Source of the DNA: Eledone cirrhosa
Taxonomy: Eukaryota
Length of the DNA stretch: 64,000 nucleotides
Direction of reading: 5' to 3'
Assembly: GCA_964016885.1 (NCBI GenBank)
Contig: OZ024741.1
Coordinates: 364,126,001 to 364,190,000, forward strand
Below are positions 1 through 12,430 of the stretch, in pieces. The notes below the pieces were generated by a model that was not told where the DNA came from, did not search any database, and saw nothing but the letters and a program-made list of their open reading frames with translations. Each line of letters starts with the position of its first letter. The first letter of the stretch is position 1. The translations under genes and the position numbers were made by a program.

Positions 1-1080
1 CGCCCGTCCTGTCTTGCTGTAGCCTAAGTTCCAGCGCGGCTCCTCCCTCCAACGCTTCTGACGGCTTCGCAGCCAGTCCATACCCCTGTAAATGGCTCGT
101 GACCTCCGCCGCCGACACTACAGACTTGCCCACTAGGATGTCGTCATCTTGTTGGCTTTTCCCAGAATGGTCTTGAGGACCGCCACCATGATCTTCGGTG
201 CGGAGTTCAGCCCGAAACCGAGCCTGGTCAGGCAATATGTCCGGCCCTTATACCTGACCAGCTGATACTGCCAGAGCTTCTCATCTATATGCAATTGCAA
301 GTATGCCGACTTTAGATCTACGATTGCGGAACCCCCCCGTCAAGCGTCTCCACTCACACAGGGTTTCCCCACAGACATCCGTGACCTCGCCACCCGTGTG
401 GCATGACACGTGCTTGTTCAGCTCCCGAAAGTCCAGTACCGGCCTCACCTTGTTCTTTGTGGGTTGCGCCACCGCCATCAACGGCAATACTCCGCACTTC
501 ACCTCCTCTTTCCAGGGAAGCAGTATGCCCTCCTCAATCCATCTCTCTACCTCTCGCTTGAACTCGCTCCTAATGTCTCCCTTCAATGTGTGTTGATAGC
601 AGCCCACTTTGGTCTTCAGTGTTGGTGGTTCTCCCTTCCACTACCACTCAACAACCCATCGCTGCCCATTGAACACGGCCTTGAAGTCTTTGTCCTGCAC
701 AGTGTAAGCGGGATATTTCTCCTCATGGGCCTTCTGGTTCTCCTGTCGCTTACTCACAGCGCATACCGATGCAGCGCCGCCAAACGACACACCGACGTTG
801 TTCACTGTGACGCCTCCTAGACGGCCAATTGCGTCCATGCCCATAACCACGCTGATCCCATCCACCACGTTGTCAACTACGATGGCAGAAAGCCTTATTT
901 TCCTTCCCCGTACCGCCATCTCCACCTCGCTGCGACCTCGGCATTCAATTTTCCTGCCGTCGACTGCCCTTATGCTGCTCTTCCCTCTTCACCTCTGTGC
1001 CACCCCGCGGTCACCAGTGTCGTCGTACAGCCCGCTTTCCCCTCACGAAGACTTCCACCACGGGCAGTGCCTCTACTCGT
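1..1080 (-). pseudogene. Gypsy pol (protease-RT), disrupted
   Basis: ORFs 641-925 and 281-607. The protease catalytic ALVDT segment is deleted (VRGK/GCTTTLV); the RT YxDD region is altered (SQQDDDILV); stops and frameshifts present. Confidence 0.85.
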
Positions 1081-1119
1081 AAGGGGCAACTACCGGCGCA
1101 GTAGTTCCCCTTGGATCGT

Positions 1120-2078
1120 TTCCCTGGTCACAGTTAGTAGCGATGTGGCCTGGTCGCTTACACCGGCAGCATATTATTTCCGGCCTTGACTCTCTACAGT
1201 CTCTCACCATGTGCGGGCCCTGGCACCTGGCACCTAAAACACACAGTCCACGCTGTAATGTGGCCGTGTAGGTAACACAGTAAAAACCTCCCAGTCCACA
1301 CTGTAAACGTGGTTGGTGTTATGAAGGGCATCCAGCTGTAGAAAACCCGCCAGACAGTCCTATACGAGCAAGACAACCAATCTTGCCTCAAGTGGGAAAA
1401 TTCTACACCGGTAGCATATTATTTCCGGCCTTGACACTCTACAGTCGCTCGCCATGTGCGGCCCTGGCACCTAAAACAGCTACCTCTAAACGTTCGCGGG
1501 CGACCGCGTGCCGTGGTTGCCTCCCTTTCACCATTTCGCTGCCAGTTGTCTTGAGCCTCTGTAGTTGCTATCGCCGCGACACTCTTCTTGGCATCTTCTG
1601 CTATGATACGGGCTTGCTCCACCAGTGAACGCATCTCCATTTCTTTGTAACCCAGGACTTGTTGCAGTTTCACTGCTATGTCATCTGGAAATCCATTTAT
1701 GAACGCCAACTGCACCGTGCATTCGCATTCCACCTGATATCCAGCCAACATGGCCAATCGCCGTATTTCCGCTGTGAAAATGTCAACACGTTCACCGTTT
1801 CATCTAATCCTTGTCAGCTTAGCAAAAGCGGCTAACGGTCCCTCCGCGAATGCTTCCATCATGCGCCTCTCAATCTTTTGCGCATCCCTTTGGCTGTGTT
1901 CATCCAACTCAAGGAAGAGTACCAATGCGTCCCCCTCGAGGTACAGTGCCATGAGGCCAGCCACATCTTCTATCTTCTGCAAGCTTGTGACCAGCCGGAC
2001 TTTTCGCAGCCAAGCGACAACATCGCCTTCACCGGTAAATGCTCTAATCGCTTCGCTCGTTCGTAGTTTCGTTGCCAT
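1120..2078 (-). pseudogene. Gypsy gag, disrupted
   Basis: ORFs 1800-2078 and 1419-1757 are separated by an in-frame stop; the knuckle region is frameshifted and interrupted by a duplication plus insertion. Confidence 0.8.
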
Positions 2079-2360
2079 ACCCTAATTTGTCTTGCGGTAC
2101 GTAATAAAAAAAACAACAGACTCCTCTCTGTTTTTCCAGTAGCTTTGTTTTCGAGAAAGTTTTTTTTTTTTTTTTTTTTTTCAATCAGATCTCAGTTTCC
2201 AGTGCCGAAATAGCTTGTGGTTAGAAAAAGCTATCTCACTTACCGCGTTTCATAGGCGCCGCTAAATCCCATGGCTGGTTTCTCCTCTTCCATGTGCGTC
2301 CAACTCATTAACACTGGGAGCTGCCAAACTCGCGTCCACCACGTTCCTGATCACCACTAG

Positions 2361-2484
2361 TGAGAGACCGACCTGCTGGCCCTTCCGGTCGAGCACCCTT
2401 CCGGCCAAGCACCCTTTTGGTCAAGCACTCTTCCGGTCGAGCACTTCCCAGCTTCCGGCCACCGCACACCACACCATACCCACA
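2361..2484 (-). repeat. Putative 5' LTR (~124 bp, TG...CA) with internal ~18-19 bp tandem units
   Basis: Minus strand starts TGTGGG and ends TCTCA, followed after 4 nt by TGGTGATCAGGAACGT (PBS-like). Internal CCCTTCCGGTCGAGCA-type repeats. The partner LTR is outside the window. Confidence 0.65.
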
Positions 2485-2489
2485 GATAG

Positions 2490-2775
2490 TATCAGCTTAC
2501 TGTCCACTTATTAAAACTTTAGTCTTTGCTAAATTTACTTTTAGGCTTTTTGATTCTAAACTTTTCTTCCATTCCTGGAAATTTGCCTTTAACTCTCCTA
2601 TGGATTCAGCTATAAGGACTCGATCATCAGCTTACAGAACTTCCCAGAAAGTTCCAATCTTAAACTCTTCAGTTATGGCCTGAAAGACTGATAAACAGAA
2701 GTGAACTGAGAATTGCATCCTGTTGAACCTCCACCTGCACTTCATATTCATCATTGTACTTACTGCCAACCAATT
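2490..2775 (-). mobile_element. RTE-clade LINE RT fragment
   Basis: Minus translation L*ADDRVLIAES...LESKSLKVNLAKTKVLIS matches the YADD...GLKVNxxKTK motifs. Confidence 0.75.
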
Positions 2776-3387
2776 TTTTTAAAAATAACTTTGAAAATTT
2801 TCAAGAATATGGAAGGATTTAGTAATATAAGTGACTTTCTAATTATTAAACTGGTGTTTAGAACCTAATCTAACAAAAGTTCTTACAAAAATCTATGATG
2901 TTTTAGATCAAAGGTTCTCAACGGGGGCATATGCACCCCTGGGGGGCATTTCGGAACTCCAGGGGGGGGGGCGTTTAGGAGCAAGGTGGCGTTAGGGGGG
3001 CGTCTAGAGCTTTGAGGGGTGCTGGAAGGCTCTTTACTTTCGTAAGTTTTATAAGCCATATTTGTATGTCTTTGAGACAGCCTGTGTAAATGCATTTGAA
3101 TGAGCATGCAGACAGCATAACTATGGTCTGACCGCAGCTGTGAGCAGGCGTGTCTAGAAATTAACCGGCAATTGAGATTCTAAAAATGGAAAAACCCACA
3201 GTCAACTGGGTCAAGCACACTTTGAGCGCAGCCAGTTAGAATCTTGTCTTTCCTTCACAATGTATTTCATGTCTGAAGTTATTGACTCAACCGTAACGAG
3301 TTAACACTATGTAGATCTATTTTATTCCCTATTGTATAAATAATATTAAAAATAAAAAAAGAAAAGAAAAAACACAGAAGTGGGTAG

Positions 3388-3952
3388 CACACACATCTAG
3401 GACCACATACAACACATAATCAGATAATACATACATCTAGGAACACCTACAACACATAAACAGGTAATAAACACATCTAGGACCATATACAACACATAAG
3501 CAGGTAATACACACATCTAGGACCACATGCAACACATAAGGAGGTAATACATACATCTAGGACTACATACAACACACAGGCAGGTAATACATACATCTAG
3601 GACCACATACAGGCAGGTAATACATACATCTATGACCACATACAACACATAAGCAGGTAATACAAACATCTAGGACTACATACAACAGATAATCAGGTAA
3701 TACAACTAGGACTACATACAACAGATAATCAGGTAATACATACATCTAGGACCACATACAACACATAAAGAGGTAATACACACATCTAGGACCACATACA
3801 ACACATAAGGAGGTAATACGCACATCTAGGACCACATACAACACACAAGCAGGTAATACATACAGCTAGGACCACATGCAATACATACATCTAGGACTAC
3901 ATACAACACACAGGCAGGTAATACATACATCTAGGACCACATACAACACACA
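3388..3952. repeat. 40 bp minisatellite (~14 units) inside the hAT element
   Basis: Unit ACATCTAGGACCACATACAACACATAAGCAGGTAATACAC with 40 bp period. Confidence 0.95.
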
Positions 3953-4987
3953 TTGTATCATGTGCTACGGACGACGCAAGAGCAATGGTTGGCCAACATA
4001 AGGGTTTTGTCACTCTTCTGAAGAGAGAAAATCTATCTGTATTTGCTGTTCATTGTGTCATTCATCGACATCACTTGGCTGCGAAGAAACTCAGCGAGCC
4101 GCTGAGCAAGTCCTTGCAGGTGGCTATTGATGTCAGCAATTTTATCAAACGGCATTCCCTCAATGAACGAATTTTCCAGCAACTGTGCCAAGATAATGAC
4201 GAAGAATTCGTCAAGTTGCTCCTTCGTACTGAAGTGAGGTGGCTTTCATTGGGCAAGTGCCTTACTCACTTCTTTGAACTCTTCGATTTTATCATTGAGT
4301 TTCTGCAAGGATGCAGCACATAACTGTACAAGAAAACCCTCGATGTGAGGCAAGCATGCGCCTACCTCATTTTGGCTTTGCAGGGGAAGAAGATCACCTT
4401 GCTTAAAACAAGGAATGCTGTGAAAACATTCCTGGCCAAATTGAATGTCATCGAAAAGAATCTTTGTTGACAGGAATTCTATAATTTTCCTAGTGTCGCC
4501 AATGTTCAAAACATTGTAAGCGATGACCAACTCCAAATTTATACCACTCACCTCCGTGCGCTACAAGACAACATGAGAGAATGGTTTGTCGACCTTTTGC
4601 CGATGGACATCCCAATGTGGATAGCAGATCCCTTCATAGCTACCGTCGATAATTTGGACGTTAAATTTCAGGAAGAATTCATTGAACTTCAAGCAGATGA
4701 CATGATCAAAATTAGATTTCCAAAAATAGGTGAAGCCATTTTTGGGATGCAAGAGGAAATTCACCGTCGATTTCCACACCTACATGCAGACGCTAAGAGA
4801 TTTGCTCCACCTTTTCCAAGCTCATACTTAGTCGAGAGGGGGGTTTGGCGCTGTTTCCAGACTGTACAGTAAGGCTCGCAACTGCTACAATGTAATTAGG
4901 CGTGGAGATCTCCGGCTACATCTTACGAAAATCCAGCCTGGCGTCAAAGAGTTAGCTAGACTCCATGAAGCTCAAGGGTCCCATTGA
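3953..4987 (+). pseudogene. Buster/Charlie-type hAT transposase, C-terminal part, disrupted
   Basis: Motifs CATDDARAMVG, HCVIHRHHL, TEVRWLS, FPSSYLVERG, GDLRLHLT; stops and frameshift; N-terminus missing. Confidence 0.9.
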
Positions 4988-6663
4988 AATGAGGTCAAAG
5001 TTAAAGTAAGTTGATTTATACGAAAACTTGGATATGCTATTGTTACAAAGTAAACTAACAATTTTTTTATTTGTAGTTGCAGTCTGACTGGACTGGAAAC
5101 CATCTACTTCAATTCACTTACTCATTTGTTGTATATATTTTACCATTTACTAATAAATATACCCTCCAGCGTGGTCATGAAAACCCTCTTCCGGGGTCTC
5201 TAAGATCACAAAGCAGAGGGGACATCAAGTTAGATATCAACATTTATCCTGTCCGTTTCATTAAAGGGAACATTGGAAAGCTTTAAATGATATAATTGCC
5301 ACTTTCTTCCAGATAAGAGCACTCTTGGGATAGACAGAATTGCTCTTGTATAAATAGCTGGTATCGCCTGGTGGGAATATAACAAATTCACTGGTCCTTA
5401 TTCATAAAAAAGAACATTTATGTTCCTTTTTTTGAAATTTATATATTTCCTTTCAAGGAATGTATTTATACTCTCAGCTGCCTGAATATTGTTAATCAAA
5501 TTTTTAGTAATCTACTGATATCAAAATCAGTAGTATATTGAAAAATAGAAAAATAGGGTAGGGGGCGTTTCGTGATTTCAAGGGACAAAAGGGCGTGTTT
5601 GGCCTAAATGGGTTGAGAACCTGTGTTTTAGATAAATATAAACACTTAGCATCATAGAACCTAGGGTGCTTTCAGGCAGTTTGATATCAAAAGAATTTAT
5701 TTATTTCATATCAGAATTTAACTATAGCATTGCTTGTATGTGTGTCTGTTTACTATTATCTCATTTATGCCTTGTAACATAGAGGTTCGACAAAAAGTGA
5801 TCTTTAAAATAAGTACCAGGCAGGAAAAAATAACAGCACTGGGGTATATATGAATGACTAAACTCATTTAATACAGTGCCTCAGCATAGCTGAAGTCTAA
5901 TGACAGAAACTAGTAAAAGAATAAAATTTTTGTCATATAAAAAAAATCTTAGCATTTGCTTTAAAAATCCCCACAAAAATCAATTGATTAAAAAAAAATC
6001 TGTAATAGCTTCTAACCAACTGATTAAAAAAAAAACCTAAAGAAGATATTACACTTGTATAGATTATAATATATAATAGTTCAGATCAAGTTAATACCTC
6101 ATAAGCCTAGGTCAAGGTTAATCCGGATTTGTGGGGAAAATAATCTTGATCTCTGAGAAGATTAGAGAATATGTGTTTATAGAGAAGTCATCAATGCAAT
6201 TGCTGGAGATAGACTTTGGAGTAATAACCATAGCAGGTTCAGTTTGGATAGAAAGCAGGCATGGGCCCTTAACTCCTCATTGTGTTGTAAGAGTGATGTA
6301 GTGATGTAAAGTGGTACATCACTACAACACCCTTACAACACAATGAGGAGTTAAAGGCTTTCCTGATGATTTCCTTCGAATGAAACAGTTCTAGTCCTGT
6401 AGAAGCTATTTCTATATTAAATATATATATATATATATATCATCATCATCATCATCATCGTATATATTAAATGATGATTATATATATATATATAATAGAA
6501 TTCTTTACACTACTTTGTATTCAGAGTTCAAATCCTGTTAAGACTAACTTTGCTTTTCATAATGTTTAGATTGATAAAGTGCCAGTCCAGTACTAGGGTT
6601 GATTCTTCTTCTATATTTCTTTTTCTTTCTCTCTCCCTCTCTCTTTCTCCCCTCCCCTCTCTC

Positions 6664-6716
<53 letters not shown>

Positions 6717-6819
6717 CATCATCATTGTTTAACATCCATTTTCCATGCTAACATGGGTTAGACAGGTTGTTCCATGAAAGGCAATTTGGGTTAGGTGACC
6801 GTGTCTTGCTCATATAAGG

Positions 6820-6901
<82 letters not shown>

Positions 6902-7424
6902 TTACATATATATACATACACATATATCAATATCATCATCATCACCGTTTAATGTCCATTTTATATAATAATTGTTTCTACTTTTGGCACAAGGCCAGCA
7001 ATTACCCAGTACATTACTGGTACTTTATTTTATCGACCCCGTAAGGATGAAAGCAAAGTTAACCTCAAATCCCGCCGAGGTTAACTTTGCCTTGCATCCT
7101 TACGGGGTCGATAAAATAAAGTACCAGTAATGCACTGGGATAATTGCTGGCCTTGTGCCAAAAGTAGAAACAATTATTATATAAAATGGACATTAAACGG
7201 TGATGATGATGATATTGATATATGTGTATGTATATATATATGATGATTATATTGATACTGTTGTTGCTGCAACTAGTAACAATGATGGTGCTGATGTTGA
7301 TGATGATGATAAGGATGAGGATAATGCTACAGTTGATGATGAAAATGATGATGATGAAAACCACACCTATCTTATTTAAAATTAAAAATCCACAATCTTT
7401 ATGATAATGATGAAAATCCAATTA

Positions 7425-7580
7425 TAACAGTGATGGTGATTATGGTGATGGTGATGACAGTGATGGTGATGGTGATTATGGTGATGATGATGATGATGAT
7501 GAGGATAGTTATGTTGATGGTGATGGTGATTATGGTAATGGTGATGAGGTTAGTTATGGTAATGGTGATGATGATGATGA
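7425..7580. repeat. Degenerate (GAT/GGT)n repeat
   Basis: Directly visible trinucleotide run. Confidence 0.8.
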
Positions 7581-7673
7581 AGAGTATGTAAATACACCTG
7601 TCATACTAGAAATAGAAAAATACAAGTACATCCAAAGGTACTTGTACGCCTGCCAATTCACTTTACACTATAC

Positions 7674-7688
7674 TTACTGCTGCTGCTG

Positions 7689-7720
<32 letters not shown>

Positions 7721-7787
7721 GCTTCTACTACTGCTACTACTGCTACTACTGCTGCTACTGCTGCTGCTACTACTGCTGCTGCTGCTG

Positions 7788-7823
<36 letters not shown>

Positions 7824-8068
7824 TTACTACTACTACTGCTACTACTGCTACTACTGCTGCTACTGCTGCTACTGCTGCTACTGCTGCTGCTGCTGCTGCT
7901 GCTACTACTACTACTACTACTACTATTACTACTACTACTGCTACTACTGCTACTACTGCTGCTACTGCTGCTGCTACTACTGCTGCTGCTGCTGCTGCTG
8001 CTACTACTACTACTACTACTATTACTACTACTACTACTACTACTACTACTAATAATAATAATAATAAT
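7674..8068. repeat. Compound (CTA)n/(CTG)n/(TAA)n trinucleotide array
   Basis: Alternating CTA and CTG blocks ending in TAA; abuts the 3' end of the Tx1 LINE. Confidence 0.97.
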
Positions 8069-8324
8069 ATTGGTTTCATTTATTGGCCACAAGGGCTGAC
8101 ATATAGGGGACAATACAATAGATGGGGATAGTGGGGGTTTTACACAAAAAGTGAATTAAATATATGAAAACAATAACAAAAAACAAGAAAATTAAAAACA
8201 ACAGAAGTTCCCTAATAGGGGGGATAACCACCCAGGTTGAGTCAGGTACCCCACCAATCCTGAACCACCTGATGATTCAAGGGCACCAGGGAAGGGCACT
8301 CCTCTCCTCCTCAAATTCACCAGC

Positions 8325-11300
8325 CTACAGGTGCATGATCAGAGTAGGCCCACTCACACGGGCCATTCTCACCACATTCACCCACCTTTTAGCAAATGTA
8401 TTGGGAGGGCGGCGTTTCTCTCTCCACCCTCACCTTCCTTTCCAAGTGAAACTTGAAAAAGTTGATGAGGCATTGGCCGAAGAGAAAAGCGTCTGTCTTC
8501 AGTCCTTTCAACCTGGTCCACCATACAACCTCTTTCACTGCTGCCACCAGACAGAGGAAAATTGCCTGCTCTTCCTGGCCAAAAGGAGGCAGCGGATCGA
8601 TCTTCATTATGGACTCGGCCGATAGCCGGATCCGTTCTACACACCACAACCAACAGCTGTTTGACATAACTACATAAGTGAGTCTGAGTGTGTGCAGAAT
8701 GGTTTCGTCGCTCTGCACACATCTCGGGCAGTTCCGTCTGACAGCACTTCCATGCCTGTAGAGTTTATTTCGAACTGGCAGTGCCCCCTGGTAGCACTGC
8801 CAAGCAAGGGATTTCTGGAAGTTATCTGTCGTTCCCAGCTCGAAAGTCCTCTGGAACAGACTGGTCAGTTTGACTTTGTCGACACCCAGAGCCTCTCCGA
8901 GTACGTCGTCGCACTTGCCCACTACTAATCCTCTATAGAACTCAAGAGTGGTAATTCCACTGACCACATTGCCTGCCTGGTAGAGGGCAAAGAGTGCCTG
9001 GCAACATTGCAGAACCCAGCGCCCAGTCTCAGTCACTTCTTGACCCAGGCCTGCAGCTCTGTCAAAGAAACGAGCTGCGGAAAGGCCCGTCTGACAAATG
9101 GTGACCACACCTGTTCACTGTTTAAGCAGAATATCTGGAGATGCCGCAGCTTCAGGGCATGTCTGTGCATCATTAGCCACCGCATGCCCAGCCCTCCCCG
9201 TAGAGGGTGCTGGCAACAGATAGACTCCCTCATCAACAGAACCTGTCTCTTCCACAAGAAGTTGAAGAGGAGCCATTCCAAATTGGCGAGGCCCAGATGG
9301 GGGCAAGGCACAATGGCCAGGTGGTCGTAGAAGATGGACACGATGTATGCATTCGCCATCTCCGCCTGACCTTTCAGTGAAAACTTCCTCGCAGCTCATT
9401 TCTGAGTGAAACTGGCTACCCTGATTATCTCCTTGTCCCAATTCTTATCCACCTGGAGGTCTGGTCCAAACCAAACCCCGAGCAACTTTACTGGTCCATC
9501 TGTCCAGTGCCAAATGACGCAGGTACCAAGCTGCAAGACCACCAACTTTTCCAGGTTAAGTTTTCCTCCGATAAGGTGCCAACCACCTCGATTTCTGAGG
9601 TGTCAGACACCATCACGGTGATGTTGCCCTCATAAGCTGTCACAACCTTTCCGCATCCCAGTTCAAGTGGAATGCCCTGCAACAGCTGCCTTGAGGACAG
9701 CCTCCAGGTACCGATGGTCGACCCTATCAAATGCTTTCAATTGATCTAAATTAATCAGAGCCCCACCGAAGCATGTATCGCATGAGGTGGAGGTAGTTGT
9801 ATATGGACCTGGTCAGTATTGCACAAGTTTGCGCCTCCCCAACCAAATCTTCGATGACAAGTGCCAACCTCTTCGCTAACACCTTGACCAAAATCTTAAA
9901 CTCTGTGTTGAGCAGAGTTATGAGCCTGAAGTTATCTAATGTGTCTCTCTTGTTCACGTCTTTCCTTATCAGTGTCACTACGCCCTGGCTCACAGAACCA
10001 GGAATACTCCCAGTTCTGCCTGTTGCAGTAGAGTGCTTTGAGGAGATTGGAGGACAAATCTGGCTTATTTACTTAAAGCTTATATGGCAGACCATCCACA
10101 CCGAGTGACTTGCGCCTCGTGCAACCAACAAGGGTATCCTGAATTTTGGCTGAAGTAATCAGCCTTTTGCAGCGCTCAGCATTGATCATCAATAGATGCG
10201 GCAAGCTATCAAGGTAGGTACTGAATCTGCTACCGTCTCTGACACATCACTTCCCCCAAACAACCGAGGAAAGTGCTAGCAAAAGGCCTCACACATCCAC
10301 TTGGAATCACTCAGCTTGTGTCCATCTCGGTCCGTCAAAGACTGAATTATGGTTTTATTACCACACTGAACCACTGCCACCCGGGCCCATCGAACAGCTT
10401 CGGTTCCCTCATTTCTTAGGGCACGTGCTTTAGCTCTGACAATGCAACCCTCATATTTCGCATTGAAGAAATGGTCTAATGCCATTCTCGCCACTAGCAA
10501 GTCAGTTGCAATGCCACTACAAATTGCCTCATCTAACTTAGCTACCAACTCCCCTCCTTTCTATTTTCCGCTAATGCTACTTCTTTGCTAAACCCTATCG
10601 AAATTACTCTAATCTCTCTTTTGAGAACCCCCTACCACCTGTTATTGATGACCTCCACCACCTGTCAACTTTTGCTTAACTAAATTGTTGACCCAGTCCC
10701 TGTAAGCCTTACGCGCCGGAAACAACATGTTCAGCTTCCACAATGTGGACAGCCTACACTATTTCTATCTATTTTCCTAATGAAAATCCTGTCTATATAT
10801 GATCTAGATGACACTATGTGCTTGGTCCAGGTCCACACTGGCACATTAGGGAAATCTAGTTGGTACCTGTCAGACAGTTGGAACTGGCTGATCAGGTACT
10901 TGAGGCTTTTGCACCCCCACTCCTATCAGCTACTCCCACACAATCCCAGTGTGATTGATGATGCCGTTCCAATCCTCAACTTCAGTAAAGGGTGAGACAT
11001 ACCCAGAAAGGCTTCCAGGCACCTAAAGAAGTCTGGCTGGCCAACCCGGGCAGGGGCATAGACGGCCACTAGTCTAAAGGCACCATCTTTGCTATTGTTC
11101 ACGTCCAGGACCACAAACTTACTGCCCAGGTCCCAGAAGATCGACCTTACCTCGAGATCCAGGCCTTTCCTAAACAGCACTGCCACCCCACCTCCCATTC
11201 CCGGCTGACTAACAGATGCGAAGGGGACTAGAGTGCGAGTGTCAGAAATCCTGGTCTCGCTGATGGCAATTGCATCCATTTCTAGAGACCTGAAGTCAAC

Positions 11301-11372
11301 GAGCAGGTGGCCCTGCTTCCAGGGCAACCCCAGGCCACAAACATTTAACTATCCTACTCTTAATATGACCAT
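8325..11372 (-). pseudogene. Tx1 ORF2 (endonuclease-RT-Zn finger), many stops and frameshifts
   Basis: Pieces 10926-11327, 10276-10548, 9751-9993, 9488-9730, 9033-9359 and 8389-9108 are collinear with Tx1 ORF2. Confidence 0.88.
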
Positions 11373-11401
11373 GTTGGCAGGCTAAAGGAGAGAGGAAAGG
11401 T

Positions 11402-12430
11402 TTACTTACCTCCCAGAGCCTTGTGGACGTCAGGGGGTTTGACCTCTATGGTTGGTGGCGTTTTCATTGGGAACCCCTTTAGGAGACTATTCATGGCTTT
11501 TATATTAGGGGTGCCCACGTCGTCAGGAAAGCTCTCCCTAATATTTTTATAAGTTTGTATTGGCATCCACACAAATTGCAGTGTTTGGAGCACTTTGAGG
11601 GTGCAGGTGGCAAAAATATCTCCCTCTTTCTTAATGTCTTTACTTTGTGTTGCAAGGGCCATGAGTTGTTTGTTGACCCTCCTTAGTAACTTGAAATTGG
11701 GTGTGTCTGTCATTGTTGGTGTCTGCGTGTGTTTTCTTTTGTTTGGGAGGACTTGTACTTGTGCCAGTGTTGTTGACGGTTGTGGAGTGGAGTTGGTGTT
11801 GATGTGGGTGTGTTTTGTGTGCTTGTTGGTGTGTGTGTGGATTTTTCTCTTTCTTTTTGCACTTTCTTTTTTTGCTTTTTAGCTTTTTGGGGTTCTCCCT
11901 CATCTTCACTCAGAGACGTGGAGGAACTGGTCTGGGGACTCTGTGTCAGAGGGGAGTGGCCGTGCATTTATGGGTGTGTGTTTTTTGCTCTGTGTGTATG
12001 TGTTTGAAAGAGAGGGAGAGGGAGAGCTTGTTTGGGCAACAACCTGGGTGAATTTAATTGTTCTTGTTGTTAATGATGCTGTTTCTTTTTCTGTTGCTGC
12101 TGGTGTTGTCCCACCTCCCGACATGGGTGTTAGCAGCAACGGAGGTTTGTGCCCCCCTGCAGCTTTCAGTTGGAGTCAAAAGGCTCTCAGGTGTGTGGCT
12201 TCACCACGCATGAAACAATGTGGCCGTTTGCCCTCCATGACTACCTGAATTTTGTAACCGTCTAGTAGTTTGATGTGGTTTGGTATGTTCTTTATGTCTT
12301 CAGGTCTGATTTGGAAATGTGGTATAGTTGAAATGTGGTATAGGTTCTTATTTATGGAAGGATGTTTCATCTGGGACCTATACCTATGTTTGGAAAAGGC
12401 TCCAAGCACTGCAGATGAGCGGAAATATAT
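11402..12430 (-). pseudogene. Tx1 ORF1 (gag-like), disrupted
   Basis: ORFs 12176-12409, 11906-12139 and 11402-11713; degenerate CCHC knuckle followed by a low-complexity basic/Thr-rich region. Confidence 0.7.

Larger units (their letters stand above)
1..2484 (-). mobile_element. Ty3/Gypsy LTR retrotransposon, 5' portion (LTR-PBS-gag-protease-RT), decayed, continues beyond window start
   Basis: Minus-strand order: LTR, TGG-starting PBS, gag (MATKLRTSEAIRAFTGEGDVVAWLRKV), Zn knuckles (CFRC, CCRCKRPGHIATNC), protease C-half (VVMGMDAIGRLGG), RT (KVRPVLDFRELN; YCLTRLGFGLNSAPKIM; DDILV). GC content is much higher than the flanks. Confidence 0.9.
2909..5625 (+). mobile_element. hAT DNA transposon, Charlie/Buster group, defective
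   Basis: TIRs CAAAGGTTCTCAAC / GTTGAGAACCTGTG; perfect 8 bp TSD TTTTAGAT (2901-2908, 5626-5633) with the central TA typical of Buster elements. Confidence 0.93.

Noticed and set aside
7642-8113. Poly-Cys/Tyr, poly-Ser and poly-Val/Ala ORFs
   Set aside because: Pure trinucleotide microsatellite.
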